DNA of 64,000 nt from an uncultured virus (IMG/VR IMGVR_UViG_3300035662_000021) (taxonomy: Duplodnaviria; Heunggongvirae; Uroviricota; Caudoviricetes), in the IMG/VR virus record IMGVR_UViG_3300035662_000021; one strand, written 5' to 3'. The translations under genes and the position numbers were made by a program. Shown here in pieces: positions 38,134 through 46,403 of the stretch (position 1 is the stretch's first letter; each line of letters starts with the position of its first letter). The notes under the pieces are model-generated. The model did no database searches. It was not told the origin of the DNA and was given only the letters and a program-made list of their open reading frames with translations.

Positions 38134-38378
38134 CAGTGGGTCTCCAGTTCGGTGGCGAGGGCGAGGAGTTCAGAGCGGATCGAATCATGCTTATCCCACC
38201 AGTCCGTGCTAGGGACGGCGGCGCGCATGTAGTCGGGCTCATCCGGCACCACCTGATCCGCTGCAGCGCGGAGGGCAGCGGCGGCATCTGCTCGCGTTTG
38301 GTGTTGCTCAGATAAAGGCGCTGTTTCATCCAGCACCGCATCCAGCACCGCCTGAGCCGCTGGGGAAAGGTCAGCCAC
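38133..38378 (-). CDS. Hypothetical protein (LSPAAQAV family)
   Basis: Paralogue of 6415-6684. Confidence 0.7.
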   Translation of the reverse strand: MADLSPAAQAVLDAVLDETAPLSEQHQTRADAAAALRAAADQVVPDEPDYMRAAVPSTDWWDKHDSIRSELLALATELETH

Positions 38379-38859
38379 GCCCCACCTCCTGCCGCAGCAC
38401 CTTGGCCGCCTGCGCGTACTCGCCGGAGCCGTGGAGGGCGAACCGGTCGAGCCAGGTGGCGACCGTGCGGATTGCGGCGACGCGAGCATGGGGATGCAGT
38501 GGCTGGCCTTCGCTCCAAACATCTCCCACCCTCTCCACCAACCCCCCAGACTGGGCCTCCGCGCTGGCGGCGCGGAGTTCGTCCATGGCGGGATCGGGCG
38601 TCGGATCTGCAGCATCCAACGCAATCAGCCGGTCGAGCTTGTCTTGCTGGGCGGCTTCCAGCGCCTCCACCCGCCGAACGATGGCGTCAACGCAGAATCG
38701 GTGGCTCTCGGCCTGCTCCAGCTGGGTGGCCTCCAGCGCCTCGACGCGGGCGCGGAGTTCGAGGAGGCAGTCGGCAGTTGCCCACGGGATTTGCTTTATC
38801 CCGGCGCAAATCTCTACGTGCGTCCACTGCTCAGGCTTGGCGCGGTGTTGGTCGGTCAT
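38371..38859 (-). CDS. Hypothetical coiled-coil protein
   Basis: CLLELRARVEALEA repeats. Confidence 0.7.
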   Translation of the reverse strand: MTDQHRAKPEQWTHVEICAGIKQIPWATADCLLELRARVEALEATQLEQAESHRFCVDAIVRRVEALEAAQQDKLDRLIALDAADPTPDPAMDELRAASAEAQSGGLVERVGDVWSEGQPLHPHARVAAIRTVATWLDRFALHGSGEYAQAAKVLRQEVGRG

Positions 38860-38886
38860 GGCGTGTCTCCGTGGTGGGGTGAGCGA

Positions 38887-39066
38887 TCAAGCAGCCAACA
38901 ACCGCCGAACCGTGGTGCGCGAACACCCCAGTCGATCAGCGATGCGCTGCTGTGTCCAGCCGTCGCGGCGCCAGCGGCGGGCGCGTTGCTGGCGGGATTC
39001 GGTGGCCCACAGCAGGAACAGCACTGGCAGCAGCAGCAGGGCCAGGATGGTGGCGGTAGTGGTCAT
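38887..39066 (-). CDS. TM-anchored HTH protein
   Basis: ILALLLLPVLFLLW followed by GWTQQRIADRLGCSRTTVRRLL. Confidence 0.75.
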   Translation of the reverse strand: MTTTATILALLLLPVLFLLWATESRQQRARRWRRDGWTQQRIADRLGCSRTTVRRLLAA

Positions 39067-39083
39067 GGTGATGTGTGGTGGCT

Positions 39084-39140
39084 TGGATGAGTGCCGGATA
39101 GGCTCCGGCGAGCCTTGGGGTGGGTTAGGACTGTCGTGCG
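39084..39140 (-). repeat. Inter-cassette hairpin repeat, copy A
   Basis: 46 bp identical to 46071-46116; 27 bp shared with 45643-45669 (1 mismatch). Confidence 0.9.
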
Positions 39141-39313
39141 CCTGCTCGGCGCTTGATCGGGTCAAAGGTGGAAACGACTTCTCCGCCGAGCTTTCTTAAA
39201 TCAAGCTCGGAAGCGGCAAAGAACTGCGACCCCCTTACTACGACGTACATCCGCTGCTTGTGCTTCCAGGCGTCTTCGCGGGCGTAGGACTCGGCTTGAG
39301 GTTTGGTGGCCAT
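39125..39313 (-). CDS. Hypothetical protein
   Basis: After palindrome promoter; ends ARQS. Confidence 0.55.
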   Translation of the reverse strand: MATKPQAESYAREDAWKHKQRMYVVVRGSQFFAASELDLRKLGGEVVSTFDPIKRRAGARQS

Positions 39314-39352
39314 GGCTGGCGGGCAGGTGGTGTGTGGTGGTGAACCTCCCAC

Positions 39353-39384
39353 ACACTACCGCATAGGTTGCGCAACTGCAACAC
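39353..39384 (-). promoter_or_regulatory. Palindrome-overlapped sigma70 promoter
   Basis: TTGCAG-N17-TAGTGT. Confidence 0.6.
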
Positions 39385-39578
39385 CTACGCCATCCGCGAC
39401 AGCCACAGCCGGCCAGCACCGCTGATCGACGCATGCAGCACCGTGGCCACCTTATGCGCCTCGCAATCCGGCAGTTCCACTGCAGCAGCACGCAAGGCCT
39501 GCCTGGTCGCATCCTCATCCCGTGCGCTCACGCACGCATGGCACAACAGAAAACTGGCCAGATCGGGTGGGAGTTCCA

Positions 39579-39610
39579 CTGTTGCTGTTGCGCACCTGCA
39601 ACGGTAGGAT
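39579..39610 (+). promoter_or_regulatory. Palindrome-overlapped sigma70 promoter of the AbrB-like gene
   Basis: TTGCTG-N17-TAGGAT. Confidence 0.7.
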
Positions 39611-39633
39611 AACGGCTTAACCCACCAGGTTCT

Positions 39634-40095
39634 ATGTCCAGCGACACCACCACACTGCTCACCGGCGATGCCCTCAAGGCACGCCTCGCCGAACTGGGCC
39701 AAACCGATGAAGGCACTGCCGCTATCGCCTGCGGCTACGTCAGCAAGACCGGCAAGGCCAGCCTCGCCGCGTTCCGCCAGGCACGCCTCGAAGCCCATGG
39801 CCTCGCACTCGGCGCACCCAAGGCCACCGGCAGCCGCAAGGGCAAACCCCTGTCATTCCAGGTAACCACCGGTAAGACCGGCAACATCGTGATGGCCGGC
39901 GGTTACTCCGCCCTGCTCAACATCGCCCCCGGCGGTCAGGTCGTCATCCGCCACCAGGGTGATGCTCTGATCCTCACCGCCGCCGACAGCAGCACCGCGG
40001 CACCCGTGGCGGTTGATGCCACGCCTGTGGTGACCTACGACCGACCGCTGGCCACTCCCCAGCCTGAGCCCCAGCCGGCGGCCTGCCCGTTCTGA
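39634..40095 (+). CDS. Cyanobacterial AbrB-like transcriptional regulator
   Basis: LTGDAL, ACGYVSK, AF..A.LEAHG, KGKPLSF...GNIVMAGGYSALL. Confidence 0.82.
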   Translation: MSSDTTTLLTGDALKARLAELGQTDEGTAAIACGYVSKTGKASLAAFRQARLEAHGLALGAPKATGSRKGKPLSFQVTTGKTGNIVMAGGYSALLNIAPGGQVVIRHQGDALILTAADSSTAAPVAVDATPVVTYDRPLATPQPEPQPAACPF

Positions 40096-40096
40096 G

Positions 40097-41266
40097 TCAG
40101 GGGAACAGCGGCACCGATTCCTGCAGCGATTCATTCCGCCCAGGATGCAGCCGCTTCTCTGATGCAGTCGGAATCCTCAAGGCTCGCGCCAGATCAGCGC
40201 GGGCCTTCTTTATGTCTGGACCACGTTCCTCCAGCCTGCTGATCTTCCGGTCCATTGCCTCGATCAGCTCGGGATCCTTCAGCCGCTGCAGCTGGGACCG
40301 CAGACCCTTCAGCTGCTTGCGGTGCTGACCTTCGGCATAGGACACCACCCCGTCTTCATGCTCAGCCTGCCAGCGCTCGTTATCCAGCAGCACTGCGCGG
40401 GTAGCGGGGTCGGTTTCTTCTACCGCTTCATTCGCTACGCTTACCGCAACACATCGGCAACGAGGATGATAAGGAATTGGCACACGATCAACAGGATAAA
40501 CTCTGCCATTCCTGCTCGCGCATGTAGGGCATACGCGCTCATCTGTTGCCGCCAGCACCCGCACGTAGGCGCGGCCACGTTGCCGGGCACGTTCCAGGCT
40601 GCCCTTCACGTACGCATTGGCCAGTTCAGAGCGGGCGATCAGCGCCGCACGCTGCTCTAGCCCCAGCCGCTGGGTGATGCCATCCGGGTCACGGGCACCG
40701 CGGAGCGCCTGGCGAATGTCACGTTCCAGCCGTGATGGCCCCCAGCCACGGGTGGCACCTTCGCTGACGATCTGCGCCAGCTGGTCGCGGAACCGGGCAG
40801 TTTCGCCCTGAATCAACGCACTGGTCTGCAGCGTCGCGGCACGGATCGCCGCGGGGTCGGCGCCGGCGAAGGGCGTCTCAGCATCAGGCCGGCGCACCAG
40901 CTCCACCAGGGCATTGGCGGCCTCATCACCGAGCCTGGTTGCTTCGCGTAGATCCTGTTCGTAGGCGACGGCCCACTGCTGGATCTCGCTGTCCTGCATG
41001 AACTGCGCCGCATCACGCAGGATGGCGCGGAACTTCGCGGTGGCCTCCGCAGATGAGTAGGCACCGGGCCGGCGGATAGGGTTACGGGCGGGGTCGTAAC
41101 CGATCGGACCCAGTGCGTCGAGATACTGCGAGTAATGGCGCCGGAGGTCGGTCAGCACCCGGTCAAGCGACCGCCGCAGCATGGCGACGGTGTTGCGACG
41201 GGAGCGAACTTCAAGGACTTCCAGCGCCTGGGCGTAGTCGTCGGCGATGTCACCGATGAGCGTCAT
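40097..41266 (-). CDS. MuF-like minor head protein
   Basis: IARSELANAY, DERVCPTC, PYHPRCRC. Confidence 0.88.
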   Translation of the reverse strand: MTLIGDIADDYAQALEVLEVRSRRNTVAMLRRSLDRVLTDLRRHYSQYLDALGPIGYDPARNPIRRPGAYSSAEATAKFRAILRDAAQFMQDSEIQQWAVAYEQDLREATRLGDEAANALVELVRRPDAETPFAGADPAAIRAATLQTSALIQGETARFRDQLAQIVSEGATRGWGPSRLERDIRQALRGARDPDGITQRLGLEQRAALIARSELANAYVKGSLERARQRGRAYVRVLAATDERVCPTCASRNGRVYPVDRVPIPYHPRCRCVAVSVANEAVEETDPATRAVLLDNERWQAEHEDGVVSYAEGQHRKQLKGLRSQLQRLKDPELIEAMDRKISRLEERGPDIKKARADLARALRIPTASEKRLHPGRNESLQESVPLFP

Positions 41267-41484
41267 CAGGCAGCGCAGAGCTCGGCATCACAGCCGCACT
41301 CTTCGGGGTCATCCTCCATGGCGTTGAAGTCGTCGTCGTCGCCGTCGTCATCAAAGGCGGTGAGCATGTCGTGCTTGCACATCTCCAGCGCACCGATGAT
41401 CTCGATCGGCGAGAGGGGATCATCCAGCAGGGTCTGCTCTTCGATGGTGCTGAGCAGGGCTTCGTACAGGGTCGCGGCGGACAT
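41266..41484 (-). CDS. Small acidic protein
   Basis: EIIGALEMCK motif. Confidence 0.65.
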   Translation of the reverse strand: MSAATLYEALLSTIEEQTLLDDPLSPIEIIGALEMCKHDMLTAFDDDGDDDDFNAMEDDPEECGCDAELCAA

Positions 41485-41507
41485 TTGGTGGTGTCGGTGG
41501 GGACGGC

Positions 41508-42989
41508 TTAGGTTTCCGGTTCGGCCTCGCCCTCGCCATCCCGCGCCGGCGGCAGGCCGCCCAGGTCGTTCAGGTCTACGTCATCAGCCCGCTCCGCCGT
41601 TTCGACCTTCAGCCGCTCCAGCTCATCATCCACGCTGGTGGTGGCCGACAACCTGCCAGCACGCTGCAGTTCCTCAATCGCTGAGCGCTTGCTGATCAGC
41701 GACTCGCCACCGGTGAGCTGTTGCAGCAGGGTGATGTCCGGCGCTTCCAGCGGCTTCTCATAGATGCTGTCGGCCATCACGATTCCGGCGTCTGGGTTGA
41801 GCTGCTCACCGGTGAACAGCACCCATAGCTGCATGATCGACTGCATCACCGATCGCTTCCGCTCAGCGATCCTGGCCACTGCATTCTCGGTCTGAGCACC
41901 TTCCATCCCGGCCTGGGTCGCGGTTTTTACTGCACCAGGGTCGCCATAGAGGAACCCGAGGGTCTGGCGGGCGATCAGCTGCTCTACATCAGCGATCTGC
42001 TGCCGCTGTTCCGCCAGGCTGGATGCTGATGGTTCAGCGAAGGAGAACGATCCACCATCCGGCAGATTTACGACGCTGTTGGGCCCCAGCACCAAAGGTT
42101 CGGCATTCGGCGACACACCGGTGCGGACAGGCACCGGCATGGCGCATTTGTGGGTTTTCTCGCGTAGGTCAGAGCGCTGCTGGAAGTGCTCGATCGAGTG
42201 TTCCACCACCTGCCTGAGCGGGAGGTCGCCGTGACCGAAGCCGGCCTGATCGCTGGAGTACCAGATACAGGGCACAACCTGCATCGGCTGGCCACCAGCG
42301 GCGAGGTACTCGCCCTCATCTTCGGCAATCGCTACCAGGTCGTTGCTGGCGTTGCGCTCGATCTTGAACAGCTGCCAGGCGCCGCGGGAGATCACGCGGT
42401 AGCGCGGCTCGACCTTCACGCCGAAGTCGCCATCTTCGACTTCGATGTGCTCAAGCAGGGTGACACGCTCCAGGGCCTCGACGCCATCGGAGACGGAGAC
42501 GCGCCAGTTGAGCGCCTTAGATCTGGAGCGTGAGATGAGGTACGGGCGCCGGCCTTGGCGTGCCTCCTGGCCAGCGGTAGCAGGTTGACCGGCAGGCATC
42601 TCCACCTGCAGCACGATGCCGCCGTCGCGAAGCATCAGTGCATCGACTTCCTGGAACCAGGCGGTGAGGGAGTTGCCCTCCAGGTCGATGTTGCCCTGCG
42701 CTGCCTCGAAGGTGGCGGGCGGGTTGTGCAGCTGGAACTTGCTCAGCACGCCAGCGAAAGCGTGAATCGACTGGCTGAAGAACCCAGAGAAAACCGCACG
42801 ATCGAGGCGGGCCTGGTAGGCGTCGTCAGGTTCGGCGGGTTCTTGCGGGAGGTACTCCGCCTTGCTGTTGCGGAGGCAGTGATAGGAGTCGTAGGCACGC
42901 TTCAGATCAACGGCCAGCTCGCGCAGTGCCGGGTGCTGGTAGCTGGGCAGCGACGGATCGTTGAATGGATGGGTGTCCTGAGTCTCCAC
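41508..42989 (-). CDS. Portal protein (DUF4055-like)
   Basis: YLPQEPAE..YQARLDRA, KTATQA; between terminase and MuF. Confidence 0.88.
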   Translation of the reverse strand: METQDTHPFNDPSLPSYQHPALRELAVDLKRAYDSYHCLRNSKAEYLPQEPAEPDDAYQARLDRAVFSGFFSQSIHAFAGVLSKFQLHNPPATFEAAQGNIDLEGNSLTAWFQEVDALMLRDGGIVLQVEMPAGQPATAGQEARQGRRPYLISRSRSKALNWRVSVSDGVEALERVTLLEHIEVEDGDFGVKVEPRYRVISRGAWQLFKIERNASNDLVAIAEDEGEYLAAGGQPMQVVPCIWYSSDQAGFGHGDLPLRQVVEHSIEHFQQRSDLREKTHKCAMPVPVRTGVSPNAEPLVLGPNSVVNLPDGGSFSFAEPSASSLAEQRQQIADVEQLIARQTLGFLYGDPGAVKTATQAGMEGAQTENAVARIAERKRSVMQSIMQLWVLFTGEQLNPDAGIVMADSIYEKPLEAPDITLLQQLTGGESLISKRSAIEELQRAGRLSATTSVDDELERLKVETAERADDVDLNDLGGLPPARDGEGEAEPET

Positions 42990-43028
42990 GCGCCGCGCCG
43001 GGCCTACGTGGTGAGTTTTCCGGCACAG

Positions 43029-43107
43029 TGGAGCACCAGGACAGGACTCGAACCTGCATCGCCCCGCAGCGCGGTGGCCGTCCTATCCGGTTGGCTCGGA
43101 CCTGGTG
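43029..43107 (-). tRNA. Degenerate tRNA-like element
   Basis: 7-bp acceptor CACCAGG/CCTGGTG, T-arm GCAGG-TTCGAGT-CCTGT, 3' CCA; D and anticodon arms non-canonical. Confidence 0.5.
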
Positions 43108-43164
43108 GGGCTGGTCATGGCATAGGTTGCCGGCCCACCAGAACAGCGGGCCGGCAGTGGTGGG

Positions 43165-43905
43165 TTAGGTGGCTGGGGTGAAGGTGTAGCGATGGGACAG
43201 AGGGAGCCTGTCCTCGTGTTTCCAGGCAGGCGACAGGCTGCCGAGTGCTGATGCCACCTCGGCGGTGATCACTTCGTGCCAGATCATGGCGGCACCACGC
43301 TGACTGGCGGCTACCACATGCACGCCGGGTTCCAGCGGCTGACGGGTTGGCTGCAGGGCCGGGGTGAGGGACTCCAGGAACCAGCCATCCATCCACACGG
43401 CGAAGGCGGGGGAGACCCACCGGGCGAGGTCGATGGAGAGAGAAGGATGGATAAATGTGCCACCGCCACGGCCTGGCCGAGCCTGCACCAGATCAATGGT
43501 CCGAATTTCGGACCTTTGGGCCAGCGCCTCGAGGTACTCCCTGCAGCGCTCGGATTCGGCGTACTTCGCCCAGCGTTTCCCGTTGGCCTGGCACATCGCC
43601 GTGGCATTCACAAACCCATCAGCCTGGCGCCGTTCGATCGGCGTTCCGCGCCAGTAGCGCGACTCCAGACCATTGGCGATGATCGGTTCGGGATAGGCCC
43701 ATGCGACGGGCATCTCCACGTCATCGAGGATCTGCGGCTGGACTACCGCAGCCACCAGGTCAGCGCCAAGGTCGGCCTCAGGTGCACCACGACGGCGCCG
43801 CTGGTAGGCACGCATGCTGCAGCGGCTGCTGCACCACTTGGCGGCCTGATGCTTGGCGGTGAAGGTGGCCCCACAGCAGGGGCACTCGCGGGTGAAGGTG
43901 CGCAT
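43165..43905 (-). CDS. Zn-finger plus KilA-N domain protein (antirepressor-like)
   Basis: CPCC..CSSRC; DGFVNATAMC, GGTFIHP..IDLARWVSPAFAVW. Confidence 0.88.
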   Translation of the reverse strand: MRTFTRECPCCGATFTAKHQAAKWCSSRCSMRAYQRRRRGAPEADLGADLVAAVVQPQILDDVEMPVAWAYPEPIIANGLESRYWRGTPIERRQADGFVNATAMCQANGKRWAKYAESERCREYLEALAQRSEIRTIDLVQARPGRGGGTFIHPSLSIDLARWVSPAFAVWMDGWFLESLTPALQPTRQPLEPGVHVVAASQRGAAMIWHEVITAEVASALGSLSPAWKHEDRLPLSHRYTFTPAT

Positions 43906-43908
43906 CGC

Positions 43909-44097
43909 TCAGGCCTCCACGAACGAGATGGCCAGGGTTGCCAGCTCGGGCCGGTGGCGGAGCACGTCAGCGATGGCGGCGCGGGCCTCGGCTTCGGTGT
44001 CGAAGTCGTTGGGGTGGCCGGCCTCCCAGAGAGCGCGATCGATCGCGTCCGCAAAGGGGCCACAGTCCCACGCGGGGGAAGGGATGCAGATTGTCAT
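43909..44097 (-). CDS. Hypothetical protein
   Basis: Upstream of KilA-N gene. Confidence 0.55.
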   Translation of the reverse strand: MTICIPSPAWDCGPFADAIDRALWEAGHPNDFDTEAEARAAIADVLRHRPELATLAISFVEA

Positions 44098-44156
44098 TGG
44101 TGAATGCTTACGAGGAAGACGCCAGACATCGCTGCCTGACTTCTGCACGATAGCGC

Positions 44157-44280
44157 AATAGGAAAGGCCCGGCAGCGCGCCGAGCCCAACCCAGTGAAAC
44201 CGGGCCTCCGATACGGTTTCAGAGCGGACTCCTCAGGGTCAGCTCACCGCGTCCGTCCTTACGGATGGGACCGACCCGGC
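44157..44280 (-). ncRNA. Structured RNA / attenuator candidate
   Basis: Several hairpins with mutually exclusive pairings, ending in a terminator-like stem. Confidence 0.4.
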
Positions 44281-44284
44281 AGGC

Positions 44285-44446
44285 TCAGGCTACCGGCTGC
44301 CGCTGCGGCGGATCCTGCAGGTCCAGCCTGAACCGGCCATCAGGCAGCGGGGTGATCTCCCACGAACCGTCTGGGTTGTCCTGCAGGAACGCTTCCGCCA
44401 GCTCCAGTGCTTCCCGGCGGGTTTTGAAGGTGAGAAGACTGGTCAT
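44285..44446 (-). CDS. Hypothetical protein
   Basis: MTSLLTFKTRREALELAEAF... Confidence 0.55.
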   Translation of the reverse strand: MTSLLTFKTRREALELAEAFLQDNPDGSWEITPLPDGRFRLDLQDPPQRQPVA

Positions 44447-44721
44447 GGCCGGGGTCCTCCCAAGCGCTCCAGCCGGTCGACCAGCAGCAGGCTGCGATCG
44501 CCGTTGGTGCCCGTGGCGATCTTGGCGATGATGCCGATCAGGTCGCCGTCAACGATTGCAGCGAAGGCCTCGCGAGACCTAGCGCTACGGCACTCGCAAC
44601 GAAACGCGCGAACCAGGCCGTGCGGCAAGCGGCAGGTGATCGCGAACTCCTGCTCGGCAGTGCCGATGCTGCTAACGCGGCCCACCAGGGTGAGCGAGGT
44701 TGACTTGGTGGCGCTGGTCAT
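44443..44721 (-). CDS. Divergent SSB-like OB-fold protein
   Basis: SLTLVGRV, DGDLIGIIAKI, VDRLERLG. Confidence 0.55.
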   Translation of the reverse strand: MTSATKSTSLTLVGRVSSIGTAEQEFAITCRLPHGLVRAFRCECRSARSREAFAAIVDGDLIGIIAKIATGTNGDRSLLLVDRLERLGGPRP

Positions 44722-44742
44722 GGTGGTGGTGGCGATGTCCTG

Positions 44743-44774
44743 AGCTTACGGTTGCGGTTGGACAACTGCAACGG
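44743..44774 (-). promoter_or_regulatory. Palindrome-overlapped sigma70 promoter
   Basis: TTGCAG-N17-TAAGCT. Confidence 0.68.
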
Positions 44775-44838
44775 CTGCGGCCGATCTGCAGCGGTGGTGT
44801 GGTGGCTGCCGGGATGAGCTCCCGGCTGGCTGGAGGGA

Positions 44839-45039
44839 TCAGGCGTTCTGGAGTTCAGTCCAGACCTGCTCAGCGAGCCGCTGATGGGTGCCTTCACCGA
44901 ACATTGCATCGAGTGCAACGCGAGGGCTGATGCCGGTTTCAACCATCGTCTTCGTGACAGCGGCGATAGCTTCCTGGCGGGTGCAGCCGGTAGCGGTCAT
45001 GGCGTAGTTGACAGCTTTGATGATTCCGGGGCTGGTCAT
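44839..45039 (-). CDS. Hypothetical protein
   Basis: Follows the CACGGGTTACAGT promoter. Confidence 0.6.
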   Translation of the reverse strand: MTSPGIIKAVNYAMTATGCTRQEAIAAVTKTMVETGISPRVALDAMFGEGTHQRLAEQVWTELQNA

Positions 45040-45133
45040 GACTGGCGGTGGTGCGGTGGTGGAGGCGTCTTCCCCTCCGATGCCCATACTGTAACCCGTG
45101 GTGGACACCATGGCCACGCCAGCAGGGGCCAGT

Positions 45134-45346
45134 TCACACAGCGTCACGTTTCCGGGCTTGCCGTTTCCGTTGCGCATCAGCAGCCCTGCCCTCAGGCGAT
45201 CGTTTCCAGCACCGGGAGCACAACGGCGCGGTGCGGTCGCTGATCACGGTGCGGCCGCACTGGGGGCAGGTGGGCAGAGCGGGGAGCTCGCCAGCCAGGC
45301 GTAGGCGATGGCGGGCGGTTTTGTCGTGGCTGGGTTGGCGGGGCAT
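45134..45346 (-). CDS. Zn-ribbon protein
   Basis: CPQC...CSRC. Confidence 0.65.
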   Translation of the reverse strand: MPRQPSHDKTARHRLRLAGELPALPTCPQCGRTVISDRTAPLCSRCWKRSPEGRAADAQRKRQARKRDAV

Positions 45347-45627
45347 CAGCGGACCCGGTAGCCGATCGACCCGTAGGCGACGGCCACGTCAGCTGCTACA
45401 GGGACGCCAAGAGCACGGCAGCGGCAGGCTTGCCACAGACGGCGCAGCGATCTAGTGTCTGACCAGGTGTCAGGCCTGGACCAGAGATACATGTCCAGTT
45501 CGGCCGATGGCTGATCATCGGTGCCGAGCGTGATTGCGTGCCGCTTTGCGAAGCGAAGGGCAGCGTCGTTCAGTGCTTGTTGATCTTCCTCTGTGAATGA
45601 GCGGATGATGCCGAGTGCGCCGGCCAT
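45346..45627 (-). CDS. Hypothetical protein
   Basis: Follows hairpin repeat copy B. Confidence 0.6.
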   Translation of the reverse strand: MAGALGIIRSFTEEDQQALNDAALRFAKRHAITLGTDDQPSAELDMYLWSRPDTWSDTRSLRRLWQACRCRALGVPVAADVAVAYGSIGYRVR

Positions 45628-45642
45628 GGTGTTGTATGCGAG

Positions 45643-45669
45643 TGGATGACTGCCGGATAGGCTCCGGCG
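45643..45669 (-). repeat. Inter-cassette hairpin repeat, copy B
   Basis: GCCGGA-GCCTA-TCCGGC core. Confidence 0.85.
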
Positions 45670-45681
45670 GGCCGTGGGTGA

Positions 45682-46038
45682 TCAGGCGGTGGCTAGGTGC
45701 CCCCAGTTGCGCAGTAGAGCCGCTGCATCGGCCCGGTAGATCGCAGCTACTTCACGCATCATCTGGCGGGTGAGCACCACACCAGAGCGGCGCAGATCAG
45801 CCAGGTGGTTCATCGTGCGGCCGTGGGCTGCATCGCGTGCGGCGCGGACTTCCTTGGTGATCTGCTGAGAGGTCTTGCCGGCGTTGCGTGCGGCGCATGT
45901 GCGGCCGAAGAAGAACTCAGCGCTGGTGTCGTTGTTGCGCATCAGCACCGTGGCCTTGAGATTTTGACGACCGCAGCAATCGCAGGTGGTCACGGTGTCG
46001 TCGATGTGCAGGGCGGTCAGGTTGGCGTAGGCAGTCAC
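45682..46038 (-). CDS. Zn-binding hypothetical protein
   Basis: TCDCCGRQNLKATV...FFGRTCA. Confidence 0.7.
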   Translation of the reverse strand: MTAYANLTALHIDDTVTTCDCCGRQNLKATVLMRNNDTSAEFFFGRTCAARNAGKTSQQITKEVRAARDAAHGRTMNHLADLRRSGVVLTRQMMREVAAIYRADAAALLRNWGHLATA

Positions 46039-46070
46039 GGCTGGCGAGTGGCGGTGTGGTGGCGGGGCGT

Positions 46071-46116
46071 CGGATAGGCTCCGGCGAGCCTTGGGGTGGG
46101 TTAGGACTGTCGTGCG
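46071..46116 (-). repeat. Inter-cassette hairpin repeat, copy C
   Basis: Identical to 39095-39140. Confidence 0.9.
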
Positions 46117-46298
46117 AGGCGGCACGCAAGGCCTGCCTCTTGATCATCCTCCGGTCCATAGGTCTCCACCAGCAGCTTCATGCGGCCCTCATGGCCCATG
46201 GCATCAAACTCGTCTTTGCTGGTTGTGGCGTCGGGGTCAACGTACTCTTGCCAGAGCGCAAAACTGTTGGCTAGCTCGTGATAGGTGGGGCTGGTCAT
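46101..46298 (-). CDS. Hypothetical protein
   Basis: LWQEYVDPDA..EFDAM motif; ends ARQS. Confidence 0.65.
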   Translation of the reverse strand: MTSPTYHELANSFALWQEYVDPDATTSKDEFDAMGHEGRMKLLVETYGPEDDQEAGLACRLARQS

Positions 46299-46403
46299 GG
46301 CTGGCAGTGGCGGTGTGGTGGCGGGGCTCTCTCGCCCCTGTGATCACACTGTAACCCGTGGCGGACAGACTGACAACCACTCGCCAGGCCGGTTCACAAT
46401 CCG

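Noticed and set aside
43029..43107. Assigning an amino acid to the tRNA-like element
   Set aside because: No canonical anticodon loop
44182..44240. Hammerhead ribozyme (CTGAGGA...GAAAC on the minus strand)
   Set aside because: Stem II does not form properly and stem I is offset by about 6 nt from the putative cleavage site
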